Source: Hemiscyllium ocellatum
Taxonomy: Eukaryota
Reading direction: 5' to 3'
Assembly: GCF_020745735.1 (NCBI RefSeq)
Contig: NW_026867716.1
Coordinates: 1-64,000 of the forward strand
Length of the DNA: 64,000 bases
Below are positions 51,101 through 62,760 of this stretch, in pieces (positions within the stretch are counted from its first letter, which is position 1; each line of letters opens with the position of its first letter). A model generated the notes under the pieces. The model saw only the letters and a program-made list of their open reading frames with translations. It had not been told where the DNA came from and did no database searches. The position numbers were made by a program, and so were the translations under genes.

Positions 51101-54050
51101 CTGGGGATTATCGTTTCAAGACATCCAGCACTTCCTCCTCTGTAATCTGGACATTTTGCAAGATGTCACCATTTATTTCCCTACAGTCTATATCTTCCAT
51201 ATCCTTTTCCACAGTAAATATTGATGCAAAATATTCATTTAGTATCTCCCCCATTTTCTGTGGCTCCACACAAAGGCCACCTTGCTGATCTTTGAGGGGC
51301 CCAATTCTCTCCCGAGTTAAACTTTGGTCCTTAATATATTTGTAAAAGCCCTTTGGATTCTCCTTAATTCTATTTGCCAAACCTATCGCATGTCCCCTTT
51401 TTGCCCTCCTGATTTCCCTCTTAAGTATACTCCTACTTCCTTTATACTCTTCTCAGGATTCACTTGATCTATCCTGTCTATACCTGATATATGCTTCCTT
51501 CTTTTTCATAACCAAACCCTCAATTTCTTGAGTCATCCAGCATTCTCTATACCTACCAGCCTTCCCTTTCACCCTGACAGGAATATACTTTCCCTGGATT
51601 CTTGTTAGCTCATTTCTGAAGGCTTCCCATTTTCCAGCCCTCCCTTTATCTGTGAACATCTACCTCCAATTAGCTTTTGAATGTTCTTGCCTAATACCGT
51701 CAAAATTGGCCTTTCTCCAATTTAGAACTTCAACTTTTAGATCTGGTCTATCCTTTTCCATCACTGTATTAAAATGAATAGAATTATGGTCGCTGGCCCC
51801 AAAGTGCTCTGCCACTGACACCTCAGTCACCTGCCCTGCCTTATTTCCCAAGAGTAGGTCAAGTTTTGCACCTTCTCTAGTAGGTACATCCACATACTGA
51901 ATCAGAAAATTATCCTGTTCACACTTAAGAAATTCATCTCCATCTAAACCTTTAACATTATGGCAGTCCCAGTCGATGTTTGAAAAGTTAAAATCCCCTA
52001 CAATAACTACCTTATTATTCTTACAGATAGCTGAGATCTCCTTACAAGTTTGTTTCTCAATTTCCCTCTGAGTATTGGGGGGGGGGTGCGGGTCTATAAT
52101 ACAATCCCAATAAGGTGAACATCCCTTTCTTATTTCTCAGTTCCACCCAAATAACTTTCCTGGATGTATTTCCGGGAATATCCTCTCTCAGTACAGCTGT
52201 AATGCTATCCCTTATCAAAAATGCCACTTCGCCCTCCTCTCTTGCCTCCCTTTCTATCCTTCCTGTAGCATTTGTATCCTGGAACATTCAGCTGCCAGTC
52301 CTGTCCATCCCTGAGCCATGTTTCTGTAATTGCTATGATATCCGAGTCCCATGTTCTGAGTTCATTTGCCTTCCCTGTTAGGCCACTTGCAATGAAATAA
52401 ATGCAGTTTAATTTATTAGTCCTACCTTGTCCCTTCCTGCCCTGATTGTTTGACTCACTTCTGTTCTCAACTGTACCAGTCTCAGATTGATCTCTTTCCT
52501 CACTATCTCCCTGGGTTCCACCCCACCCCCACCCTCCCCCAAACCTTACTAGTTTAAATCCTTCCAAGCAGTTCTAGCAAATTTCCCTGCCAGTATATTA
52601 GTCCCCTTCCACTTTAGGTGCACTCCATCCATCTTGTACAGGTCACTTCTACCCCAAAAGAGATTCCAATGATCCAAAAATGTGAATCCTTCTCCCATAC
52701 ACCAGCTCCTCAGCCATGCATTCATCTGCTCTTTCCTACTATTCCTGCCCTCTCTAGCTCATAGCACTGGGAGTAATCCAGATGTTACTACCCTTGAGGA
52801 CCTCCTTTTTAAATTTCTGCCTAACTCTCTGTAATCTCCCTTCAGAATCTCAACCTTTTCCCTTCCTATATCGTTGGTTCCAATGTGGACAATGACCTCT
52901 TGCTGGCCCCTCTCCCCTGTGAGAACATTCTGCATCCTCTCGGAGACATCCTTGATCCTGGCACCAGGGAAACAACACACCATTCTGCTCTTTCTCTGCT
53001 GGCCACAGAAACGTCTTTCTGTACCTCGGACTACAGAATCCCCAAACACAATTGTTTTCTTCGAAGCCAACTTACCCCCTGTTGCATTAGAGCCAGTCTC
53101 AATACCAGAAACCTGGCTGTTCGTGCTACGTTCCCCTGAGAATCCATCACACCCCTACATTTTCCAAAACAGCATACCTGTTCGAAATAGGTATATCCAC
53201 AAAAGACTCCTGCCCTAAGTGCCTACCTTTCTTACCCTTCCTGGAGTTAACTCATCTATGTGACTGTATCTGAGACTTTCCCCCTTTCCGATAACTGCCA
53301 TCCATCACATAGAAGCGATGAGGAATTTGCAACAGCAACACTATCTGTCTCTCCAACTGATCCACTCGATTTGATAAGATTCGCATCCAACAGCATTTAT
53401 GGCAGATATAATCCGCAGTAACCCTAAAACTCTCTTAAATCTGCCACATCTGACAAGAAGTACATATCACTGCAAAGGCCATTTTTGCTCCTTCACAATC
53501 TACAGACCCAGAAAATAACACTTTCTTATTTCTCTACAAAACACTGCCCCAGGTTAAATTAATAGCTATGGCTTATATTTTAAGTTTAATCAAGAGACTT
53601 ATCTCCAAAAACATAAAATCAAGAAAGAACCCACTGTACTCACTAATACAGCCTTTCTCTTGGACAGATATAAAACAACAATTAACTTATCTGATTCTGT
53701 GCTGTGAACTTCGCCCAAACTGGTTCCTCCAAGATTAGTTGTGAAATTCACTGTTTGTTAATTTTCCCAAATGCACTCCAATGTCCAGCGAAACATGAAT
53801 TCAAAAACAGCAAAGGCAGTAACTGTGCAGGTTCTCTCTCTCTCTCTCTCTCTCTCCTGCACTGTCCTCACCAGGTGCTTCCTTTGTCTGTTCTTCTCCC
53901 TTTTAAAACTGATGTTGTTTTGACTTTTTTTTCCCAACGTCCCAAAACAATGCAACAGCAGATAAAACAGTAATTGCTGCTCCTGGAATTTGAGGAAATC
54001 ACCTCCGGCACCTAAAATACCTCAAAAAAGGAGCAGCTCTTACAGCCAGA
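48118..54050 (-). mobile_element. Near full-length CR1 LINE (5' UTR, ORF1 esterase, APE endonuclease, RT, 3' tail)
   Basis: ORF1 IVFGDSVVRG...VHIGTNDIG (SGNH esterase, 52759-53070); APE DIIAITETWL; RT 49983-51380; many stops and frameshifts. Confidence 0.95.
48263..49696 (-). mobile_element. Young 5'-truncated CR1 nested in the older CR1
   Basis: Host sequence cccatcc|aaatgcc is split exactly; uninterrupted RT frame NYRPISFTSVVGK...GYGENAGKWS*; (ATAAGACC)n tail. Confidence 0.95.
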
Positions 54051-55006
54051 AATGTTTCCCGTCTCCATCTTGGATTACCCAGAATCCTGAATATCTCTTG
54101 CTCACAGACAGAATGCAGGTCCCTGCTGATGAGCTGCTAATGTGGGTTGTCCTTTTAAGAAGCTGCTCGAACACTCAGAGTTGGAAAGTAATCAATAGAC
54201 TGAGGTAAATGACAGGTTAATGATTTCTGAGCAGGATTTGTCAATTTCCAGCTGTTTGTAAATCTCTAGCTCCCGATTCACCGTCCCCAAATTAACCTGC
54301 AATTTATCCTCATGCAAAACTGAAATGTTGCTCATTTTTATCACAGGGGATACTTTGAATTGTAACGAATGTTTTATGGAGGGAAAGATTAAACTGTTAT
54401 CACTTACAGTGAGTGCTGAGGTTAAAAAGAATGTTTTTGTGAATCCTACTATTTTCTCCCTTGCTCTCCAAGCAGCTGAATTTCCATTGGATGGGAATGT
54501 GATTTCCGTATCACCCTCCACTTTCCAAGATTTCCATGCCCTGTAATATACTCCAAAGTTACAGCAGATGGGAAGCCCCTGCAAGCACTTTCCCCTCATC
54601 TCCAACACCCTCCCTCCCTGCCCTGTGACTAGTTGCTCCAAGCTGACCCAGAGCTGCCTGGAATGATCTGTCACTGTGATTCCTGACAGTGTCTGCACAG
54701 CCCTCCCTGTGTTACAGCTGCTGACTACACCTTGGGTTCCCTGGGTGCCAGCCATATTCTGATGCCAAGGCAAAACTGTTTCTCATGACAACTTATTCAA
54801 TGGTGGCTTTTCTGATTGTGTCCACATCTGAGTATCTGTGATTTCTATCAAAGTTCATTCCATTAACGGTGTTGATCACTCTTTGGAATCTGTTCTCTGT
54901 GTAACCAAAGCAAGAGATTGATGTCCAGTCAGAATGTTCCTTTCTGTGACCTGGCAGAATGCATTTAGATTCCTTGGAATATTCATGTTCCTTGTGTATT
55001 TTTCAG

Positions 55007-55068
55007 GAATGATCCAGGTTCATCCAGCATTCCCGGGACTGATCAGGCCCAGCAGCTCACTGTTCCAG
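55007..55068 (+). CDS. Cytoplasmic mini-exon 2
   Basis: gtatttttcag acceptor, CCAG|gtactg donor, 62 nt phase 2/1, complementing the phase-2 end of the previous exon; NDPGSSSIPGTDQAQQLTVP. Confidence 0.7.
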
Positions 55069-57190
55069 GTACTGTCTGTACTCTAACTGACTGATCATTG
55101 TCCATTTCAGAGACTCTAACAGAGAGAGTGTGAATCCTGGAGAGATATTCAGGGGCAGACCGTTACATTGAGTTAAACAGTTCTCCAGCACAGAATAAAG
55201 CCCTTCGGCCCATTGACTCTGCATCTGTTGAAAACTATCCCTACCCCCAACCTTAACCCTTCACACTTATTGCACAGATTGACGTCTTTGATAGATGAAC
55301 CTTTTAACTTTCAGACCATTCAATGTAAATGAGTGAAAAGCTATGGGTTTCCATTAAGGGATCTGACCAGACTCTGGATTATTGTCCGGGCAATGGAGAT
55401 GGAAATATTCTCCTCAGTCCCTGACCCTGGATGGATTCTTGGACAATAACCATTTCCGATTCCCTGAATCATCTGGCTGAGTAACTGGCTCGGCCCGGTC
55501 CTTGCTGTCTCGAGCTGTTCACGGCCAGTCTGTCTGCTGCTTCGGGATGGGTCAAGGAAAACAGTCAAGATGTGAGTCACACATCTCAAATGACTCCCAG
55601 TAGCTGGGCTGCTGGGGAACCTGAGGATCAGGTTCATGCTCTGGGGAGAGGGGTTCAATTTTCACCATGGCAACTTGCAGAATTTACATTTAATTATTAA
55701 ATCTGGAAGCATAAACTCAACTCTGTGATGGTGGCCATCTGAATTAACATTAGTTGTTGTCTTAAAAAAGTTCTGGTTCACCAGTCTCCTTCAGGGAAGC
55801 ATCTTTACCCAATCTGCCCGACAGGTGACTTCAGATCCCCATTTCAAACCTCAGTGTGTCTTTTTAGGAGCGATTGAATACAATGTGTCTGACTCTGACC
55901 TGCTGCCCTCTGAAATGGCCAAGCAAGCCTCTCACTTCAAGGGTGTTCAGGGATGGGCAACAAACGCTGGCCTTGCCTGTGAGACCCACGTGCCTTGCAC
56001 GGAGATGAAAACTACTGAATCTGTTCTCACTCTCTTCTCAATCCCTGCATCCTCTAATGCTCCCCCCCTGCCTCACCTCAACTCTCCACCAGCGTCCAAC
56101 ATTGAACATAGACATTACAGTGCAGCATAGGCCCTTTGGCCCTCGATGTTGTGTCGACTTGTGAAACCAATCTGAAGCCCATCAAACACTATTACATTTT
56201 CATCCACATGTTTATCCAATGACCATTAAATGCCCTTCAAGTTGGTGAGTCTACTGCTGTTGCAGGCAGTGTGTTCCACACTTATACTACTCTCTAAGTA
56301 AATAAGCTACCTCTGACATCTGTCCGATATTGATCCCCCCTCAATTTAAAGCTATGCCCCTTCGTGCTAGCAATCACCATCTGAGGAAAAAGGCTCTCAC
56401 TGTCCACCCGATCTAACCCTCTGATTATTTTATGTTTCAAATCAGTCAGCTCTCAGCCTTCTTCTCTCTGATGGAAACAGCCTCAAGTCCCTCAGCCTTT
56501 CCTTGTAAGACCTTCCCTCCATACCAGGCAACATCCTCGTAAATCTCCTCTGCACCCTTTCCAAAGCTTCCACATCCTTCCTGTAGTACGGTGACCAGAT
56601 CTGCATTCAATACTCCAAGTGCAGCCACACCAGAGTTTTGTACAGCTGCAGCATGACCTCATGGTTCCAAAACTCAATCCCTTCACTAATACAAGCTAAC
56701 ACATCATATGCCTTTTTAGCAATTCTATCAATCCAGGTAGCAACTTTCAGAGATCTATGTGCATGGACACCAAGAACTCTCTGCTCATCTACACCACCAA
56801 AAATCTTACTATTATCCCAGAACTCTGTATTCCTGTTACTCCTTTCAAAGTGAATTGCCTCACACTTATCCACATTAAACTCCATTTGCCACCTCTCAGC
56901 CCAGCTCTGCAGCTTATCTATGTCTCTCTTTAACCTACAACATCCTTCAACATGATCCACAACTCCACCAACCTGAGTGTCATCTGCAAATTTACTAACC
57001 CATCCATCAAAGCCCTCACCCGGGTCATCCACAAACATGACCCAAAACAGATCCTTGTGTACACCACTAGTAATTGAACTCCCGAATAAACATCTCCCAG
57101 CAACTAGCACTCTCTGTCTCCTTTCAGATAGCCAATTTCTGATCCAAACAACTAAATCACCCTCAATCCCATTCCTTCATATTTTGTGCA

Positions 57191-57393
57191 GTAAAAAGTG
57201 AGGTCTGCAGATGCTGGAGATCAGAGCTGAAAATGTGTTGCTGGTTAAAGCGCAGCAGGTCAGGCAGCATCCAAGGAACAGGAAATTCAACGTTTCGGGT
57301 CCTGATGAAGGGCTCTGGCCCGAAACGTCGAATTTCCTGTTCCTTGGATGCTGCCTGACCTGCTGCGCTTTAACCAGCAACACATTTTCAGCT
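57191..57393 (+). mobile_element. Hairpin-shaped non-autonomous Penelope-derived element
   Basis: 76-bp inverted arms (57225-57300 / 57318-57393) with 2 mismatches; 10-bp TSD ATTTTGTGCA at 57181-57190 and 57394-57403; interrupts a CR1. Confidence 0.93.
57302..57329 (+). ncRNA. Intact minimal type I hammerhead ribozyme motif
   Basis: CTGATGA-A-GGGC-TCTG-GCCC-GAAAC-GTC: full core, 4-bp stem II, palindromic ACGT stem III, GUC triplet. Confidence 0.8.
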
Positions 57394-59226
57394 ATTTTGT
57401 GCAATAGCCTACCATGGGCAACCTTATCAAATGCCTTATTGAAATCCATATACACCAAATCAACAGCTTTCCCCCCAATCCACCTGTTTGTTCACCTTCT
57501 CAAAGATCTCAATGAGGTTTGTGAGGCATGACCTACCCTTCACAAAACCATGTTGACTATCCCTAATCAACATATTCCTTTCCAGATGATTATAAATCTT
57601 ATCTCTTATAATCTTTTCCAACACATTACCCTCGTTACTCACTGGTCAATAAGTACCAGGGTTGTTCTCTACTCCCCTTCTTGAACAAAGGAACAACATT
57701 TTCCCTCCTCCATCTTCTGACACCATTCCTGTCGACAATGACAACATAAAGATCAAAGTGAAAGGCTCAACAATCTCCCCCCTGGCTTTTCAGAGAACCC
57801 ATGGGAAATCCCGTCCGACTTATCTATTTTCACACTTTCCCAAATTGCTAACACCTCCTCCTTGTGACCATCAATTCCATCTCGTCTAGTAGCTTGTATC
57901 TCAGTATTTTCCTCGACAACGTTATCTTTATCTTGTGTGAATACTGAGAAAGAATATTCATTTACCGCTTCCCCTATCTCCTCTGACTTGGTGTACAACT
58001 TCCCACTACTATCCTTGATTGGCTCTAGTCTTACTCTTGTCATTCTTTTATTCCTGATATCCCTATGGAAAGCCTGAGGGTTTTCCTTGATCCTATCTGA
58101 CAATGATGTCTTATGTCCCCTCCTGGCTTTTCTTAGCTCTCTCTTTAGGTCTTTCCTGGCTAACTTGTCACTCTCAAGCACCCTAACTGAGCCTTCACAT
58201 CTCATCCTAACATAAGCCTTCTTCTTCCTCTTGACAAGAGATTCAACTTTCTGAGTAAACCACGGCTCCCGCGCTCAGCAACTTCCTCCCAGCCTGACAG
58301 GTACATATGGATCAAAGACCCACAGTAACTGTTCCTTGTCTAAGCTGCACATTTCAATTGTGCCCATTCCCTCCAGTTTCCTTGCCCAATCCATGCATCC
58401 TAAATCTTGCCTAATCACATCGTAGTTGCCTTTCCTCCAGCTCATAACTCTTGTCCTGCAATATATATCCATCCCTTTCCATTGCTAAAATAAACTGAAC
58501 CAGTTTGTGGTCACTATTACAAAAGTGCTCACCTACCTCCAAATTGAACACCTGGCCAGGTTCATTACCCAGTACCAAATCTGACGTGGCCTCGTCCCTT
58601 GTTGGCCTGTCTGTGTACTGTGTCAGGAAATCCTCCTGTACACATTGGACAACAACTGACCCATCTAAAGTAGATGAACTATAGTATTCCATATACTATT
58701 TCCAAATAGTCAATATTTGGAAAGTTAAAGACCCCCATAACAACTACTGTTTCACTCTTGCTCCTGTCCTGAATCATCTTTATTATCCTTTCCTCTACAT
58801 CTCTGAACTATTTGGAGGCCTATAGAAAACTCCCGACAGGGTGACATCATCTTTCCTGTTTCTTATCTCAGCCCATACTACCTCAGTAGACAGTCCTCAA
58901 ATGTCCTTTCAGCAATCATAATATTGTCCTTGACTAACAATGCCACCACACAAACCCTCCACCGACCTTACCATCTTCCCTGTTCTTACTGAAGCATCTA
59001 AATCCTGGAACTGCAACAACCATCCCTGTCCCTACACTACCTATATCTCCAAAATGGCCACAACATCAAAGTCCCAGGTACCAACCCATGCTGCAAGTCC
59101 AATATTTCACCCGCTCCAATCACATCTCTAACTCAGAGAATGATATGGTTTCCACTGACCCATTGCTGACATTTAAGGACAAGCCTGTCGATGCATGGCC
59201 CTTTATCATTCCTGTTTGTGTTACAG

Positions 59227-59274
59227 ATCAGGACAGTTCCATCCTCTATGCCGAGATTGACAGCAACAGAACAG
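59227..59274 (+). CDS. Cytoplasmic mini-exon 3 with ITIM
   Basis: cctgtttgtgttacag acceptor, ACAG|gtaaat donor, 48 nt phase 1/1; (D)QDSSILYAEIDSNRT. ILYAEI fits the ITIM consensus (I/V/L/S)xYxx(I/V/L). Confidence 0.8.
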
Positions 59275-59367
59275 GTAAATGGCTGCACCTTAAAGGTTTT
59301 GAGCAATTGTCTAATTGATATTCAGATTCTATAATCAAACTAAGAGAACATTTTGTCTTTGTTAAAG

Positions 59368-59403
59368 GTGGCAAGAGATTCACAAACAGTCTGTCAGAAG
59401 ACC
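59368..59403 (+). CDS. Cytoplasmic mini-exon 4 (candidate)
   Basis: ttttgtctttgttaaag acceptor, GACC|gtgagt donor, 36 nt phase 1/1; (G)GKRFTNSLSED; 93-nt intron from the ITIM exon. Confidence 0.55.
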
Positions 59404-59689
59404 GTGAGTCAACGTTTGTTTCTATATTGAGAAAATATATTGTTTGAGATCACTCCCACTCCCCCATATCTTTAAGAGCTGATTTCACTGTGGGTCTGGT
59501 CTCCTGAGGAGGAGTTGCTGTGTTGATGTTTGAAGCTGCAGTGGGAAACTGGTCAACTCATAGAATTCGTGCCTGGCCACCGTCAGAGAATCATCCCAAA
59601 TGAGAACTCCCAGTTCAGTTTTAACTAACCTTGAATTCTCCCCTGATGAGGTCTTCATGATGCCAGTCTGACCCAGTACCACTCCCTCA

Positions 59690-60610
59690 GAAGATGATTG
59701 TTGAAGGGCGGTCAGGTCTGATAAACGTGATTGAATTTTTAAGGAGTATTGAAGGATGGTTGATTGGGTGTTGGATATTGACCATCAATGCGGATGTTAG
59801 CAAGGTGTTTGATGAAGTTCCACAAGGAAGACTGGTCACAGAATCAAAGGTTCATGGGGTCCAGGGGAAAGTGGTGAGATTGATCCAAAGCAGGAGACAT
59901 TGAGTTATTGTGAGTGGGTAGTTTTGTGACTGCGATGCTGTTCCGAGTGCCACTCAGAACTAGTTCCCTCAGTGTTCAGGTTCTATCAAGGTTTGGACAT
60001 GTATGTAGGAGTCATGATTGAGAAACAAACAGACAAACTCAGCAGGTCTGGAGAAAAGAAATGGAAGAAAGCTACAACATGAAGGGACTTAGGGACACTT
60101 GTGCACAAAACAAAGGTGCAGCAGAGATTGAGCAGGATGTTCCCTGATTTGGTGTGCGTTAACTATCAGGAGAACTTGGTCAAACCTGGATTTATTTTTG
60201 TGAGAGTATTGGAGGGTGAGGGGAGACCTGACAGAAATACATAAATTTATGAGAGGCAGGGATAGGGCGGATAGTCAGTTTTTTTTTCAAAGAGTGGAGA
60301 TGTCATATACAAGCGGCATAAATTTAAGGTGAATGAGGAAAAATTTGAGGGTGATTTGTGAGGACAGCTTTTAACAAAGAGAATGGTAGGTGTCTGGAAA
60401 AGGCTTCCAGGGGAGGTGATGGAAGCAGATATGTTAGCAACATTTAAGAGCCATTTAGACAGGCCCATGCACAACAGGAATAGAGAGGGATGGACCATGT
60501 GCTGGGAAATGAGATTAGTTTAGAATGGCATCATGGTTTGTACTGACATGGAGGACCAAAGGCCATGTTCCTGCACTGTCCTGTTCCATATTCTGTAGTC
60601 TATGTTTAGA
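59690..60610 (+). mobile_element. Degraded CR1 3' fragment
   Basis: ADVSKVFDEVPQGRL remnant and 3' UTR. Confidence 0.75.
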
Positions 60611-60641
60611 GAGACAGGAACCATCAACACATCTAAAACCC

Positions 60642-60846
60642 AGGAGAAAATGTAGACTGCAGATGCTGGAACTCAGAGTCAAAATGTGTGGTGCTGGAAA
60701 AGCACAGCTAGTTCGGCAGCATCCGAGAGGCAGGAGAGTCGATGTTTCATGTATAAACTCTTCATCAGCAATGAGTCTTCTGCTCCTCGGATGCTGCCTG
60801 ACCAGCTGTGCTTTTCCAGCACCACCCTTTTTGACTCCGACATTTC
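60642..60846 (+). mobile_element. Older hairpin-shaped Penelope-derived element
   Basis: Inverted arms GGTGCTGGAAAAGCACAGC...GCTGTGCTTTTCCAGCACC with the tail on the left arm only. Confidence 0.75.
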
Positions 60847-61004
60847 AAACTCACTTGGATAAGGATTTGAAGAACATGAGTCTCCAGGGCTATGGACCAG
60901 GAGCTGGGCAGTGGGATGTTCTAGAGAGCTCTTTATCAATCATCATAGATACAATGGGCTGAATAGCCTCCTCCTCTTGTTCAGGAAACCTTCCAATATA
61001 AATC

Positions 61005-62760
61005 AAGAGAAATTGCTGGAGAAACTCAGCAGGTCTGGCAGCATCTGTGGAGAGAAACCAGAGTTAAAATTTCAAATCCAGTGATCCTTCTTCAGAACTG
61101 TCTGTAGCTGGGGAAAAGTGGTATCTATGGTAAAGACAGATGGTGGAGGAGGGGAAAAGGAGTGAGCAGACAGGGGGAGATGGAGCCCAGAGAGAGTGAA
61201 TGGAAGTCAGATCATCAAAAGGATGCCAGGGAGAATGAAAAGCTGTTAGTGGGGACAATAAGTTAGTGAAAATGGTTTGGCTGTGCTTAAAACAACTCAT
61301 GTCATGACAGGGCCTGAGGTGTAAGGATGGATAAAGCACATGGAATGGTGTGTTCTGGCTGTAAAAGTATTTAGAACTCAATACTGAGGCCAGGAAGCTG
61401 CAGGGTGCCCATGTGGAGAATGAGATGCTGTTCTTCCACCTTGCACTGAGCACAGCTGGAGTGCTGTGGAAATGGTGGTTAATGATCCTCTGGATGTGGA
61501 TGTGGGTGGGATGATAGATGATGGCAAGGCAAGGGAAGGGAATTGATGAGGGCAGAATTGCAGGAGATGGGTTGGACACGGCTGAGGGCCTTGTCAACCG
61601 TGGTGATGGAGAATCCTTGGTTGAGGATAAAGCTTGACATTTCGGAGATCCCCTGTGCAGAATGTGACACCATCAGACAGATGCGGTGGGCTTGGAGAAA
61701 CTGGGAGAATGGAACAGAGTCTTTACAGGAAGCAGGGTGTGAGGATGGGGAGTCAAGGTAACTGTGGGAATCCAAGATTATCGTGAATATTGGTGGCCAG
61801 CCTATCCCCAGAAATAGAAACAGAGATGTCAAGGAAAGGAAGGCAGGAGTCCGAGATCAGGTGACGGTAAGAGCTGGGTGGATATCGGAAGTGAAATAGA
61901 TTAGATTTGATTAATTACTTACAGTGAGGAAACAGGCCCTTCGCCCAACAAGTCCACACTGACCCGTCGAAGTGCAACCCACCCATTCCCCTACATTTAC
62001 CCCTTTACCTAACACTACAGGCAATTTAGCTTGGCCAATTCACCTGACTAAATTCATCTTTGGACTGCGGGAGGAAACCGGAGCACCCGGAGGAAACTCA
62101 CGCAGACACAGAGAGAATGTGCAAACTCCACACATTTAGTCGCCTGAGTCGGGAATTGAACCCGGGTCTCTGGCGCTGTGAGACAGCAGTGCTAACCACT
62201 GTGCCACCGTGCTACCCATAATTGATAAAATATTCCAATTCTGGATGAGAGAGGGAAGCAGCACTGATGATGTCATCGACATACAGGAGAAAGAATTGTA
62301 TGAGTGACCTGAGGAGGCCTAGAATGAGGAATGTTCTACTTTCCCCGCAATGAGAGAGGCATAACTGGGGCCCATATGGGTACCGATGGCTACACCATTG
62401 AAGAGGAGTTGGCTGAAGCTCACTAACCAGTAATTCTGACACTGATATAAAGTGGCAAAAGAATCACAGATGTAGTTGGGAAGGGCTGGACAAGGTGAGG
62501 AAAAATTCAGTCAAGGGAAAAAGAGAGGAGTTCCCTCAGGCAGGAAGAAGCAGGAACCCTGGGTCTGCCCGGGCAGTCCAACTATAGATTTTGGGAAGAA
62601 GGTGGAAGTGGGAAAGTCTGGATTGTGGGAATATGAGCTTGGAGGGTGTGGGGGTGGTGGGGAGAGCCTGGATCAGATGAACTTGTGACTGTTGTGGACA
62701 CAACAGCCTGAGACCAGTCAGTTTGGGGGACATAGGGGTGAATGGAGGAGGACAGAGAAA
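61005..62760 (-). mobile_element. Degraded Penelope-like element interrupted by an HE1 SINE
   Basis: HFHLLPKIY (RT), VDDII, HSYLDSPSSHPASCK motifs; terminal repeat at 61005-61100. Confidence 0.8.
61897..62218 (-). mobile_element. HE1-like SINE
   Basis: Full head, V-domain and tail. Confidence 0.9.

Larger units (their letters stand above)
56100..58990 (-). mobile_element. CR1 ORF2 fragment
   Basis: SKFADDTQVGG, SQHGFVKGRSCLTNL, FLTQYTDRPTR motifs. Confidence 0.9.
6163..59403 (+). other. Multi-exon gene model: Siglec-15-like two-V-domain, ITIM-bearing type I membrane receptor (3' end not identified), containing a dead duplicate ectodomain cassette
   Basis: Canonical AG/GT exons chain in frame: L(1)-V1(1/1)-V2(1/1)-TM(1/1)-C1(1/2)-C2(2/1)-C3(1/1)-C4(1/1). 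Joining V2 at 26064 to TM at 45463 is inferred. Confidence 0.6.

Noticed and set aside
55380-55590. Extra cytoplasmic exon ending at GAT|gtgagt
   Set aside because: The nearest good acceptor gives an in-frame stop in phase 1.
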